Positions 1-7,444 of a stretch of DNA of 64,000 nt are shown one piece after another. How positions within the stretch are numbered: position 1 is the first letter of the stretch; each line of letters begins with the position of its first letter. The notes beneath the pieces were generated by a model that saw nothing but the letters and a program-made list of their open reading frames with translations, searched no databases and had not been told where the DNA came from. The translations under genes were made by a program, and so were the position numbers. Source of the stretch: a virus; IMG/VR virus record IMGVR_UViG_3300045996_000252, positions 1,310 through 65,309 of that record, one strand, 5' to 3'.

Positions 1-30
1 GAGCACGCTACCAGACTGCGCTATACCCTG
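1..30 (-). tRNA. partial tRNA (5' half only; 3' half lies before the window start)
   Basis: The reverse complement reads CAGGGTATAGCGCAGTCTGGTAGCGTGCTC, a typical tRNA 5' acceptor plus D-arm. It is followed directly by the next tRNA. Confidence 0.55.
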
Positions 31-31
31 A

Positions 32-108
32 TGGTCAGAACGGCAGGATTTGAACCTGCGACCACTACAACCCCAATGTAGTGCGCTACCGGACTGCGCT
101 ACGCTCTG
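32..108 (-). tRNA. tRNA, anticodon loop reads GGG (Pro?)
   Basis: T-arm rc motif GGATTTGAACC at 46-56. Acceptor stem pairs with G-U wobble. D-arm gcgc/gcgc. Anticodon stem ctaca/tgtag. CCA is encoded (tgg at 32-34). Confidence 0.65.
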
Positions 109-115
109 ATGAATT

Positions 116-190
116 TGGTCAAGGTGTACAGAATCGAACTGTATCCACATGCTCCCAAAGCACGTGTGCGGCCACTACACCACACCAAGA
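116..190 (-). tRNA. tRNA, anticodon loop reads TGG (Pro?); acceptor stem has 2 T-T mismatches
   Basis: T-arm tacag-aatcgaa-ctgta at 127-143. CCA is encoded. Anticodon loop rc is TTTGGGA. Confidence 0.5.
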
Positions 191-267
191 TGGTACCATG
201 TACGAGATTCGAACTCGTATTCTCCTGTTTGAAAGACAGGCTTCCTAAGCCGTTAGAAGAACATGGC
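191..267 (-). tRNA. tRNA-Glu(TTC)
   Basis: T-arm acgag-attcgaa-ctcgt. Anticodon arm cctgt-ttgaaag-acagg. CCA is encoded. Confidence 0.75.
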
Positions 268-272
268 ATGAT

Positions 273-348
273 TGGTAGCCCGCACCAGATTCGAACTGGT
301 GATCTTCACCTTGAGAGGGTGACGACTTTGCCGCTTGTCCAGCGGGCC
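273..348 (-). tRNA. tRNA-Glu(CTC)
   Basis: T-arm accag-attcgaa-ctggt. Anticodon arm tcacc-ttgagag-ggtga. CCA is encoded. Confidence 0.7.
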
Positions 349-351
349 ACG

Positions 352-642
352 CTAATTGTTGATGCGAGCGTGAACCTCACGCACTGCATCAGTTACTTCT
401 TGTACGTCAGCATCACCGAATCGGTTGATCGACTCTGCGATACACGATCCTCTGCATCGTGCAAGAGAAAGGTCTAACGTTTCTGTAAGGATGACTGTAG
501 GCACTCTACGCTTGTCGGTGTCATGATGCGTACGTCGCTCGTACATCTTCATGATCTTGAATCGCTCAACTTCATCAGCACGAGCGCCGGTTGCCGGTGT
601 GCCTACGAAGTTTACGAATGTCTCAGAGTACGCTGTTGCCAT
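352..642 (-). CDS. hypothetical small protein (97 aa) embedded in the tRNA array
   Basis: Internal Met (MATAYSETFVNF...) of the minus ORF 352..687 starts at 642 with a GGGGA RBS-like motif upstream. Codon usage is plausible. The upstream part of the ORF overlaps a tRNA and was excluded. Confidence 0.4.
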   Translation of the reverse strand: MATAYSETFVNFVGTPATGARADEVERFKIMKMYERRTHHDTDKRRVPTVILTETLDLSLARCRGSCIAESINRFGDADVQEVTDAVREVHARINN

Positions 643-658
643 GTAATCCCCTTTGTTT

Positions 659-736
659 TGGTGGAGGCGTGGAGAATCGAACTCCAATTTTGCGGGTGCA
701 AACCGCCCGTGTAGACACCACTAGCACTACACCCCC
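659..736 (-). tRNA. tRNA, anticodon probably TGC (Ala?)
   Basis: T-arm tggag-aatcgaa-ctcca at 670-686. Acceptor stem is 7 bp with G-U pairs. CCA is encoded. Confidence 0.6.
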
Positions 737-808
737 ACATATGGTGTTCGTTTCGTGAACCACTCGTCGGGCTGGTATACCGAAGGTCTGTTTGCGTCAG
801 ACCGCGTT

Positions 809-885
809 TGGCTGGAAGTGAAGGAGTCGAACCTTCAAACGCATGGTTCAAAGCCATACTGCTTTACCAGTTTGCATAACTTCCA
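809..885 (-). tRNA. tRNA-Gln(TTG)
   Basis: T-arm gaagg-agtcgaa-ccttc. Acceptor tggaagt/acttcca is perfect. Anticodon loop rc is CTTTGAA. Confidence 0.75.
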
Positions 886-894
886 ACGCGAATA

Positions 895-970
895 TGGTGT
901 CGCCACACCGGATCGAACGGTGACCTCAAGGGCTTCAACCTAGCGTACAGACCAACTATACGATAGCGAC
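895..970 (-). tRNA. tRNA-Phe(GAA)
   Basis: T-arm caccg-gatcgaa-cggtg. D-arm and acceptor mapped. Anticodon loop rc is TTGAAGC. Confidence 0.7.
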
Positions 971-975
971 ATGTT

Positions 976-1050
976 TGGCTGCGCAGACTTGGATTCGAAC
1001 CAAGATTGCCGGATTCAGAGTCCGTCTTCCTACCATTAGAAGATCACGCA
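976..1050 (-). tRNA. tRNA-Gln(CTG)
   Basis: T-arm cttgg-attcgaa-ccaag. Anticodon loop rc is CTCTGAA. The acceptor register is slightly uncertain. Confidence 0.6.
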
Positions 1051-1055
1051 ATGTG

Positions 1056-1131
1056 TGGCGGTCCCCAAGAGATTCGAACTCTCTGACTCTTGATTGACAA
1101 TCAAGCACCGATACCCTTTGGCTTCGGGACC
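1056..1131 (-). tRNA. tRNA-Asp(GTC)
   Basis: T-loop attcgaa at 1072-1078. Anticodon arm cttga-ttgacaa-tcaag. Confidence 0.7.
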
Positions 1132-1148
1132 ACGCTAATAAGGTTGTT

Positions 1149-1226
1149 TGGTACAGCAGACAGGATTCGAACCTGCACAGCATGCTTGGAAGGCACGAAT
1201 GCTTGACCGTTGAACATCACTGCTGC
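1149..1226 (-). tRNA. tRNA-Gly(TCC)
   Basis: T-loop attcgaa at 1165-1171. Acceptor acagcag/ctgctgc. Anticodon loop rc is CTTCCAA. Confidence 0.7.
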
Positions 1227-1233
1227 ACGTATA

Positions 1234-1310
1234 TGGTCAGGGGCAACGGATTCGAACCGATGCTGCTGGCGTCACAAGCCAGAGTGCTAGGCCACTAACA
1301 CTAGCCCCTA
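1234..1310 (-). tRNA. tRNA-His(GTG)
   Basis: T-loop attcgaa at 1250-1256. Anticodon arm ctggc-gtcacaa-gccag. Confidence 0.75.
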
Positions 1311-1315
1311 ATGAT

Positions 1316-1391
1316 TGGCGCGCCGCAAAGGAATCGAACCCTCACCTACGGGCTTCGAAGGCCCGTGTACTATCCGTTATACGAACGGCGC
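1316..1391 (-). tRNA. tRNA-Arg(TCG)
   Basis: T-loop aatcgaa at 1332-1338. Anticodon arm cgggc-ttcgaag-gcccg. Confidence 0.65.
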
Positions 1392-1397
1392 ATGATT

Positions 1398-1472
1398 TGG
1401 CAGGACGACTCGGATTCGAACCGAGAATAGCAGTTTTGGAGACTGCCGTGATAGCCGTTTCACTATCGACCT
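1398..1472 (-). tRNA. tRNA-Trp(CCA)
   Basis: T-arm ctcgg-attcgaa-ccgag. Anticodon arm gcagt-tttggag-actgc. Confidence 0.75.
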
Positions 1473-1478
1473 ATGATT

Positions 1479-1555
1479 TGGTCGGTACCGTGTGAATCGA
1501 ACACACCTTCACGTGCTTATCAGGCACGCCCTTTCCACCAGACAGGCAGATACCG
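1479..1555 (-). tRNA. tRNA-Ile(GAT)
   Basis: T-arm gtgtg-aatcgaa-cacac. Anticodon arm cgtgc-ttatcag-gcacg. Confidence 0.65.
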
Positions 1556-1625
1556 AAGGCTGCGGCTGACGCACTCCTTGTGCGCCACGTAATCCTCCCG
1601 TGCATAGGAGGGCCACAGAAATGTT

Positions 1626-1700
1626 TGGAGAGCCGAGTCGGGATCGAACCGACACCCTTGAGGGTAAGAACCTCCTGCACCACCGTTGTGCTACCGGCCC
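1626..1700 (-). tRNA. tRNA-Lys(CTT)
   Basis: T-arm gtcgg-gatcgaa-ccgac. Anticodon loop rc is TTCTTAC. Confidence 0.65.
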
Positions 1701-1705
1701 ATGTA

Positions 1706-1780
1706 TGGCGTCCCACACAGGAATCGAACCTGCATCGTATCCTTCGCAGGGATACATCCTATCCGTTGAACGAATGGGAC
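1706..1780 (-). tRNA. tRNA-Arg(GCG)?
   Basis: T-loop aatcgaa at 1722-1728. Anticodon arm tatcc-ttcgcag-ggata. Confidence 0.6.
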
Positions 1781-1786
1781 AATGTT

Positions 1787-1860
1787 TGGTGAGTCCGGTA
1801 GGGATCGAACCTACGACCATGTGCTTAAAAGGCACTTGCGACTACCGCTGCGCCACGGAC
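1787..1860 (-). tRNA. tRNA-Lys(TTT)
   Basis: T-arm gtagg-gatcgaa-cctac. Anticodon loop rc is CTTTTAA. Confidence 0.7.
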
Positions 1861-1867
1861 CCATGTT

Positions 1868-1953
1868 TGGCTGGCATGATAGGAGTCGAACCTATACGTA
1901 TCTTTCAACGCGTGGTTAACAGCCACGTGCGGCTACCATTTCGCCACATGCCA
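1868..1953 (-). tRNA. tRNA-like, 86 nt, anticodon arm reads GTT (Asn?) but carries a 15-nt variable region
   Basis: T-arm atagg-agtcgaa-cctat. Acceptor tggcatg/catgcca is perfect. Anticodon arm cgtgg-ttaacag-ccacg. The 15-nt insert between T-arm and anticodon arm is atypical for Asn. Confidence 0.5.
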
Positions 1954-2423
1954 ACGCTAATACGAGGGTTCTTACGTAGGAATATACCCACAACCTACAC
2001 ATGTAATGTGAGTAGTTTTACCCCATACTCAGGGGTCATATGACAGGATTGTTGGTTCCTGCAAGGCCGGTAACGATCCAATTAACAGTTAGATGACCGT
2101 CCAACTCACGCCGGGTTCCACCCTCACGCTTCGACTTTGGTAAGTCTTGCACAATCCTTACGGTCCCATACCTATGTATTACTTCCGGGGTGGCTGTTAC
2201 ACCACTTGCGCTTTTTACGCTACGTGCCCCGCCTACGCCTCGTTAGAAACGTTATTAGCGGTACATATGTCTGAGGGTTATAAGCCCTCATTATCAAATC
2301 GACGGTTCAGAACCAAGACTTCACCGACAACCCTGCTCAAGCGTCTTACTTACGTGTCGCAAGTGCAGTCGCGAGTTGCACGTGTCCACGACCTCCATCC
2401 GTCTATACCGGACGCTCCTGATT

Positions 2424-2510
2424 TGGTGCCTTGGGAGAGATTCGAACTCTCGTACCCCGAAGGGGACTGGTTTACAGCCAGCCTGCTTTATCCTCTTGCA
2501 TACCTTGGCA
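2424..2510 (-). tRNA. tRNA-Tyr(GTA), class II
   Basis: T-arm gagag-attcgaa-ctctc. Variable arm cccc-gaa-gggg. Anticodon arm ctgg-tttacag-ccag. Acceptor stem has 2 A-A mismatches. Confidence 0.65.
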
Positions 2511-2514
2511 TGAT

Positions 2515-2589
2515 TGGCGACCCTACAAGGATTCGAACCTTGTCCTAAGGCTTAGAACACCCATATGCTGTCCGTTACACTATAGGGCC
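2515..2589 (-). tRNA. tRNA, isotype undetermined
   Basis: T-arm caagg-attcgaa-ccttg. Acceptor gacccta/tagggcc. I could not fold the anticodon arm cleanly. Confidence 0.5.
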
Positions 2590-2594
2590 ATGTA

Positions 2595-2679
2595 TGGCGG
2601 AGACAGAGAGAGTCGAACTCCCACAACCTTTCGGTCATCAACGGGTTCAAACCGCATAAGCACGCCAATGCGTGTCTCC
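2595..2679 (-). tRNA. tRNA-Ser(TGA), class II
   Basis: T-loop agtcgaa at 2611-2617. Acceptor ggagaca/tgtctcc is perfect. Long variable arm. Anticodon loop gttcaaa. Confidence 0.65.
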
Positions 2680-2688
2680 GCGCTAGTA

Positions 2689-2752
2689 TGGACGCCATGT
2701 ATCTGCTTCGAAAAGACTCCGGTGGCATAGCCACGGGGATACTCCGCGTCCG
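2689..2752 (-). other. truncated tRNA-like element (about 62 nt; acceptor-like ends but no canonical T-arm)
   Basis: The ends ggacgcc/cgcgtcc pair. It occupies the slot between two tRNAs with the same atg...tgg punctuation. No TTCGAA T-loop is present. Confidence 0.3.
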
Positions 2753-2759
2753 TATATGT

Positions 2760-2835
2760 TGGTGCAAGTGGCGAGAGTCGAACTCGCGTTCCCCTACTTG
2801 GCAAGCAGGTATGTTGGCCGCTACACCACACATGC
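2760..2835 (-). tRNA. tRNA-Gly(GCC)
   Basis: T-arm gcgag-agtcgaa-ctcgc. D-arm and anticodon arm mapped. Anticodon loop rc is TTGCCAA. Confidence 0.7.
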
Positions 2836-2890
2836 ACAGAATTCAGTTGTTAACGCGGCGTTGCCAGTTGCCGCTCCGTTTGTTGTTACT

Positions 2891-2919
2891 ACTATAGCAG
2901 GGCTGTCAAGGCTTGTCAA
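2891..2919 (-). promoter_or_regulatory. sigma70/SigA-like promoter internal to the tRNA array, firing leftward
   Basis: On the minus strand: TTGACA (rc of 2914-2919), then 17 nt, then TATAGT (rc of 2891-2896). A second TTGACA (rc of 2904-2909) lies only 7 nt from the -10 box. Confidence 0.6.
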
Positions 2920-2937
2920 CCCCTAATTTTGAGAGTG

Positions 2938-3025
2938 TGGCGGATAGTGCAGGATTCGAACCTGCGGTACCTTGCGGTACACTTAGGTAGCAACCAAGCG
3001 CTTTCGTCCACTCAGCCAACTATCC
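2938..3025 (-). tRNA. tRNA-Ser(GCT), class II
   Basis: T-arm gcagg-attcgaa-cctgc. Acceptor ggatagt/actatcc is perfect. Long variable arm gtac...gtac. Anticodon arm cttag-gtagcaa-ccaag. Confidence 0.7.
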
Positions 3026-3092
3026 ACGCTAATAACCGACAACACTGCCGGTACTACTTATACCTGCCAGCAGCAGAAAATGTAACATCTAC

Positions 3093-3121
3093 ATTATGGC
3101 AGGTTATTCTGAGGCTGTCAA
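3093..3121 (-). promoter_or_regulatory. sigma70-like promoter driving the tRNA array
   Basis: Minus-strand TTGACAGCC (rc of 3113-3121), 17 nt spacer, then CATAAT (rc of 3093-3098). It overlaps the stop codon of ORF 3104..3568. Confidence 0.5.
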
Positions 3122-3568
3122 GTCCTTGTTATGCTTTACCTCTAGTTCACGGCGCTGCGCACCGAATTCTCGGTCCTCACGCTGGTTCTGAGTCTCTGCT
3201 ACTTCTTGGATATCTACTTCACGGCCCATTAACTTATTAATCGTGCGTAATTTCATGAAGGGCACATACCCAACGGCGATTAGCACGATGACAAAGAGAA
3301 CGCCGCCAAAGTCTGCATCTGGCGGAACACCATTAAATGTATCACGCCAAAATCCAATTGTCAACAGGGCAAAGAACGCACTGGCGAGCGCGTTGATGAT
3401 GGTCCCGCCTGTTAATGTTTGCAGGATGGCATTGCGAGGGCGATCCTCGTCAGCCTTCCAGATTCTAAATACCTTCCACGCGGAAGGCAGCGCCAAGATA
3501 GGCATGAGACTCAAGATAGCCACGCCCGCAAGGAACAATATGTCTGTTGCTGTAGTTGTTAATTCCAT
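3104..3568 (-). CDS. membrane protein with about 4 TM segments (holin-like?)
   Basis: 154-aa ORF. Hydrophobic stretches ILFLAGVAILSLMPILALP, IINALASAFFALLTIGFW and VLFVIVLIAVGYVPF, followed by a charged C-terminal tail. Confidence 0.45.
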   Translation of the reverse strand: MELTTTATDILFLAGVAILSLMPILALPSAWKVFRIWKADEDRPRNAILQTLTGGTIINALASAFFALLTIGFWRDTFNGVPPDADFGGVLFVIVLIAVGYVPFMKLRTINKLMGREVDIQEVAETQNQREDREFGAQRRELEVKHNKDLTASE

Positions 3569-3571
3569 TGC

Positions 3572-3754
3572 TTACCTCTGAGATTGCCGCACGACAACCT
3601 CTTGTGCCCTACGGGCTTCTTTTAGTATCTGTTCTATACGACCACGCTGCATAGATGAGCGTTGTACCTCGTCACGAGCAGGGGACAGTACCTCCTCGTT
3701 GGAACTCTTGTCTGTTGCCTTGGTCTTCACAAAAAACTCCCACGGCCAGCGCAT
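3572..3754 (-). CDS. hypothetical protein (60 aa)
   Basis: Small ORF packed tightly between its neighbours; basic and charged. Confidence 0.3.
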   Translation of the reverse strand: MRWPWEFFVKTKATDKSSNEEVLSPARDEVQRSSMQRGRIEQILKEARRAQEVVVRQSQR

Positions 3755-4056
3755 TACTTATTACCCTTCTCGGCCCGGATTCGCTCTAGGAGCCGATCTT
3801 CTCGATCCTTGTCGATTTCCATTTGGTTGCGGGCTTCCCATGCGTCGGCCATCCTTTCCATACCATCATTAGCAGACTTCAAAGCCGCAGTAAGTTCCCT
3901 TATCTGCACCCTAAGTTCGTCTACTATGGCTGACGCGTACACCCATCCACGGGCGAAGGCCATGACTGCCAACGTCAGCGCTCCTACAAGACCACCAGTT
4001 GACACACCATTTAGGATGAGATTGATGAAGTCAATATTTGGAGTTGTAGGGTCCAT
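3754..4056 (-). CDS. membrane / coiled-coil protein (holin- or spanin-like?)
   Basis: 100 aa. One TM segment (GGLVGALTLAVMAFA) and a charged helical C-terminus. Confidence 0.4.
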   Translation of the reverse strand: MDPTTPNIDFINLILNGVSTGGLVGALTLAVMAFARGWVYASAIVDELRVQIRELTAALKSANDGMERMADAWEARNQMEIDKDREDRLLERIRAEKGNK

Positions 4057-4352
4057 TATAAACTAGGCTCCGAGTCGAACTTACCATCACGAATGTCAAT
4101 GTCGCCAGAGGCGAACACAGCCGTGATCTTATAGGCATGAGTGCCTGACTGAGCAGCAGAAATTCTAATGAAATAGAATCCGGCTGCCTCCCGAACGAAA
4201 TCTACGCTCGGGTACGTTATGGTTGTCAGGGTGTCGTCTGGATTGGACACAACGCACACAAGAGTGCTAGGGTCCAATGCCGCCCCTGAGTCGATATCGG
4301 TGTACGCCAAGTATAACCTCAGCGTTTCACCAGTCTCGATGATCTTTCGCAT
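4056..4352 (-). CDS. hypothetical protein
   Basis: 98-aa ORF. ATGA start/stop overlap with its neighbours. Confidence 0.4.
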   Translation of the reverse strand: MRKIIETGETLRLYLAYTDIDSGAALDPSTLVCVVSNPDDTLTTITYPSVDFVREAAGFYFIRISAAQSGTHAYKITAVFASGDIDIRDGKFDSEPSL

Positions 4353-7300
4353 TACTTAACCTCAATCCTTTCAGATTGCCCCGGTACTCTGATTCTACGT
4401 CCACCAGCACCGGCTCTCGCCCACTCACTGTTGCCACCCTGATTCCAAGCATTGTCGTATCCACGGTCGTGAATCTCCTCGCCTGAATGGCCCGGATTGT
4501 AGAATCCAATCTGCGCATCAGCCGTAAACGAACCGATGTTTGTTTCGATTGACACGATTAATGCGTCGGCAGTAAACGAGCCACTGTTCGTGCGCTGTAT
4601 TACAGCGTGTGCGGTGAAGGCACCAAGCACGCTGTTCTGGATAACGGCGTCTGCGGTGAAGTCGTACACCGCTGCCGTCTGGATAAGCGCATCAGCCGTG
4701 AATGAACCAGACTCAGTACGCTTGATGATGCTGTTCGCACTGAATGAGCCAGTGTTAGGAGCGAGGATGATTGCGTCCGCAGTGAAGTCGTCTGACTCCG
4801 TTCTGCGAATGGTGCTATCAGCCGTAAACGTACCGTTAAACGTACGCTTGATGATTGCATCGGCCACGAATGATGATGCGAATGTTCTTCGGATCACGGC
4901 GTCCGCTACGAACGATCCACCAAGGATGCCGGTTATGTTAGCATTAGCAGTGAACGAGCCGGTAACTCTCTGGCTGATGATTGCATTAGCCGTGAAGTTT
5001 CCTGCGGTCGTCTGCTTGATAACCGCGTCCGCTGTGAACGTGCCTACGTTGATCGTTTCGATCATGGCGTCTGCGGTAAAGCCAGCCTCGTATGCACGCT
5101 TGATGTTAGCGTCTGCCGTAAACGCACCCGTGATGATGCGCTCTATCATTGCATCGGCGCTGAACGATCCGGCTACAGGTGCGCGAATAACAGCATCCGC
5201 ACTGAATGATCCCGCTTCTGTTCGACGCACAATTGCATTGGCGGTAAATGACGCTGACTCGGTACGCCGGATGATCGCGTTAGCGCTGAATGATCCGGCT
5301 ACAGGAGCCTTGATTACAGCGTCAGCCGTGAATGAGTTGAGCGCAGCACCAGAGATTGTAGCATTAGCAGTGAATGATCCTGCTACAGCGTTACGTATTA
5401 CTGCGTCTGCGGTAAATGATCCGAACGTGTTGGCCCGAATGATCGCATCGGCTATGAATCCAGACGATACTGCCGCACGGATTACTGCGTTAGCAGTAAA
5501 CGATCCGGTTGGAGTAGTTCGAATACGAGCATCAGCGGTAAATGACCCTGCTTCTGTTCGTCGCACGATAGCGTCTGCGGTGAAGGCCGCAGGAACAGCA
5601 GCGCGGATAACAGCGTCAGCCGTAAATGAATTCGTAGCGGCTCCACTGATGGTAGCATTGGCCGTAAACGACCCGCTCTCTGTGCGTCGAACGATAGCAT
5701 CGGCACTGAATCCGCTTGTGGTACGAGCGAATATATTTGCATCCGCAGTGAATGAGCCAGCAACAGTACGCCGGATTATGGCGTCAGCACTGAATGTACC
5801 GCCTACAGCATTGCGGATAACGGCGTCTGCCGTCAGGTTGCCGCTGTAAGTTTGTCGCACAACCGCATCAATAGTAAAATTGCCTGCGACTGCTGATTTA
5901 ATGACGGCATTTGCTGTTAGTGATGCACTCACCGGGGCGCGAATTACCGCGTCGGCGCTGAAAGATGCTCCTACAGGTGCCCGAATGATCGAGTCTGCTG
6001 TGAATGAGCCTGATATGGTACCGGCAGAGCCGATCAGGTTGTTCCACGTATCAGACCAGTCGCCCCACTTGATTATCTTAGCGTCGGCGGTCAGTGACGC
6101 AGTAATCGCAGCGCGAATGATCGCATCTGCGGCAAAGTTGCCGCTGTACGTCTGCCGCAATACAGCGTCGGCTACAAATGAGCCTGTTGCGCTGTTGCGA
6201 ATTACGCCGTCTGCCGTGAATGATGATGCTACAGCATTACGCACCACTGCGTTAGCGGTGAATGATGATGCAACCGTCTGCCGAATGATTGAATCAGCCG
6301 TAAACGAACCAGTAGCAACGGTGCTAATGATAGCATTGGCCGTAAATGTAGCACTCTCGGTGCGGCGAATGATGCTGTCTAGAGTTAATGATCCGAAGCC
6401 CGCACCAACGATGTTAGCGTTTGCCGTAAACGATCCTGCGACCGCATTCTTGACAACCGCATCTGCCGTAAACGATCCGGCTACAACACCACGGATGATC
6501 GCTACTGCGGTGAACGAGCCTGTTACTCGGCTAGACAGAGTAGCATCAGCCGTGAAGGTCGCGCTAACACGCTGGCTGATAACAGCGTTGGCCGTAAAGG
6601 ATGATGCGACTGCGTTCTTGATAACCGCGTCAGCGGTGAATGATCCAGTAGGCGAACCACCCGCAGGGTTAACGGCAAACATGATACCCGCCGCATCGGT
6701 CTGTGGGGAAACATTATAAAATGCAGCAGGGTTAGTAACATCTTCCGTCAAGATGTTAAAGCCATGAGGGCCAGTTATCTTTGTGGCGTCAGAACCTCCA
6801 CCGGCGCTAGACGGAGGCTTGCTTCCTGTGGAATCAAGAATCGTCCACCACCCGGCAGGATTGCTAAATTGATCTTCATAAACTGTTGTTCTAACACCCT
6901 CAACTGCCGAAGCAACAACTAGCGCTTGACCCGCAAGCGCAGTGCCGCTCATGGTGGTAGTGATTGACGTTGAATTCACAACAGGTTTAACTGGCGCAGG
7001 AGTCGTTGCTATGGGTGTAGATTGGTTCACGCCACGGAGAATGATAGCGCTCATCGTCGCCTTTTCTCCGTTGGCTAAGTTGCTTATATTAACATGGGGG
7101 ATGGTGCCAGCAGTTTGAACAAACGTATACGCAACACACAAGAAAACCTGATCGTTAAAAGCATCACGAACCTGTGTCCACGGCCCTAAAACGGCGGTTC
7201 CGGTAGCCTGCCAGTTAGGATTAAGGTCGTTCATACCAACCTGATTGATTGCAAGGGCGGCAATGACCATATCGCCAGCCTGTACGTTAATCAATAGGTT

Positions 7301-7444
7301 GTTATATGGCCCTAAACCACCGTTCATCTGCCAAGAAGCCTGAGCGGTTTGAACGTTAGTGCCGCCACCAGAACCGTTATCTCCTGCGGCCCCACCTACA
7401 TACTGAATAGCCATTATGACCCCGCTCTCACGCGGCGGAACCAC
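4352..7444 (-). CDS. giant tandem-repeat protein (tail fibre-like); about 50 copies of a 14-aa repeat 'SFTADAVIRxxVxG'
   Basis: 1030-aa uninterrupted ORF. The non-repeat N-terminal 250 aa is followed by 42-bp periodic repeats. Antisense ORFs on the plus strand are repeat artefacts. Confidence 0.7.
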   Translation of the reverse strand: MVPPRESGVIMAIQYVGGAAGDNGSGGGTNVQTAQASWQMNGGLGPYNNLLINVQAGDMVIAALAINQVGMNDLNPNWQATGTAVLGPWTQVRDAFNDQVFLCVAYTFVQTAGTIPHVNISNLANGEKATMSAIILRGVNQSTPIATTPAPVKPVVNSTSITTTMSGTALAGQALVVASAVEGVRTTVYEDQFSNPAGWWTILDSTGSKPPSSAGGGSDATKITGPHGFNILTEDVTNPAAFYNVSPQTDAAGIMFAVNPAGGSPTGSFTADAVIKNAVASSFTANAVISQRVSATFTADATLSSRVTGSFTAVAIIRGVVAGSFTADAVVKNAVAGSFTANANIVGAGFGSLTLDSIIRRTESATFTANAIISTVATGSFTADSIIRQTVASSFTANAVVRNAVASSFTADGVIRNSATGSFVADAVLRQTYSGNFAADAIIRAAITASLTADAKIIKWGDWSDTWNNLIGSAGTISGSFTADSIIRAPVGASFSADAVIRAPVSASLTANAVIKSAVAGNFTIDAVVRQTYSGNLTADAVIRNAVGGTFSADAIIRRTVAGSFTADANIFARTTSGFSADAIVRRTESGSFTANATISGAATNSFTADAVIRAAVPAAFTADAIVRRTEAGSFTADARIRTTPTGSFTANAVIRAAVSSGFIADAIIRANTFGSFTADAVIRNAVAGSFTANATISGAALNSFTADAVIKAPVAGSFSANAIIRRTESASFTANAIVRRTEAGSFSADAVIRAPVAGSFSADAMIERIITGAFTADANIKRAYEAGFTADAMIETINVGTFTADAVIKQTTAGNFTANAIISQRVTGSFTANANITGILGGSFVADAVIRRTFASSFVADAIIKRTFNGTFTADSTIRRTESDDFTADAIILAPNTGSFSANSIIKRTESGSFTADALIQTAAVYDFTADAVIQNSVLGAFTAHAVIQRTNSGSFTADALIVSIETNIGSFTADAQIGFYNPGHSGEEIHDRGYDNAWNQGGNSEWARAGAGGRRIRVPGQSERIEVK

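Noticed and set aside
109-2897. Six-frame ORFs overlapping the tRNA array (109..477, 1509..1835, 1600..2043, 2147..2548, 2552..2833 and others)
   Set aside because: They run through multiple tRNA genes, use rare codons and lack RBSs. The tRNA structures explain the sequence.
4500-6800. Possible CRISPR array suggested by regular about 42-bp repeats
   Set aside because: The repeats are contiguous with no unique spacers and translate into a continuous protein repeat. This is a coding tandem repeat.
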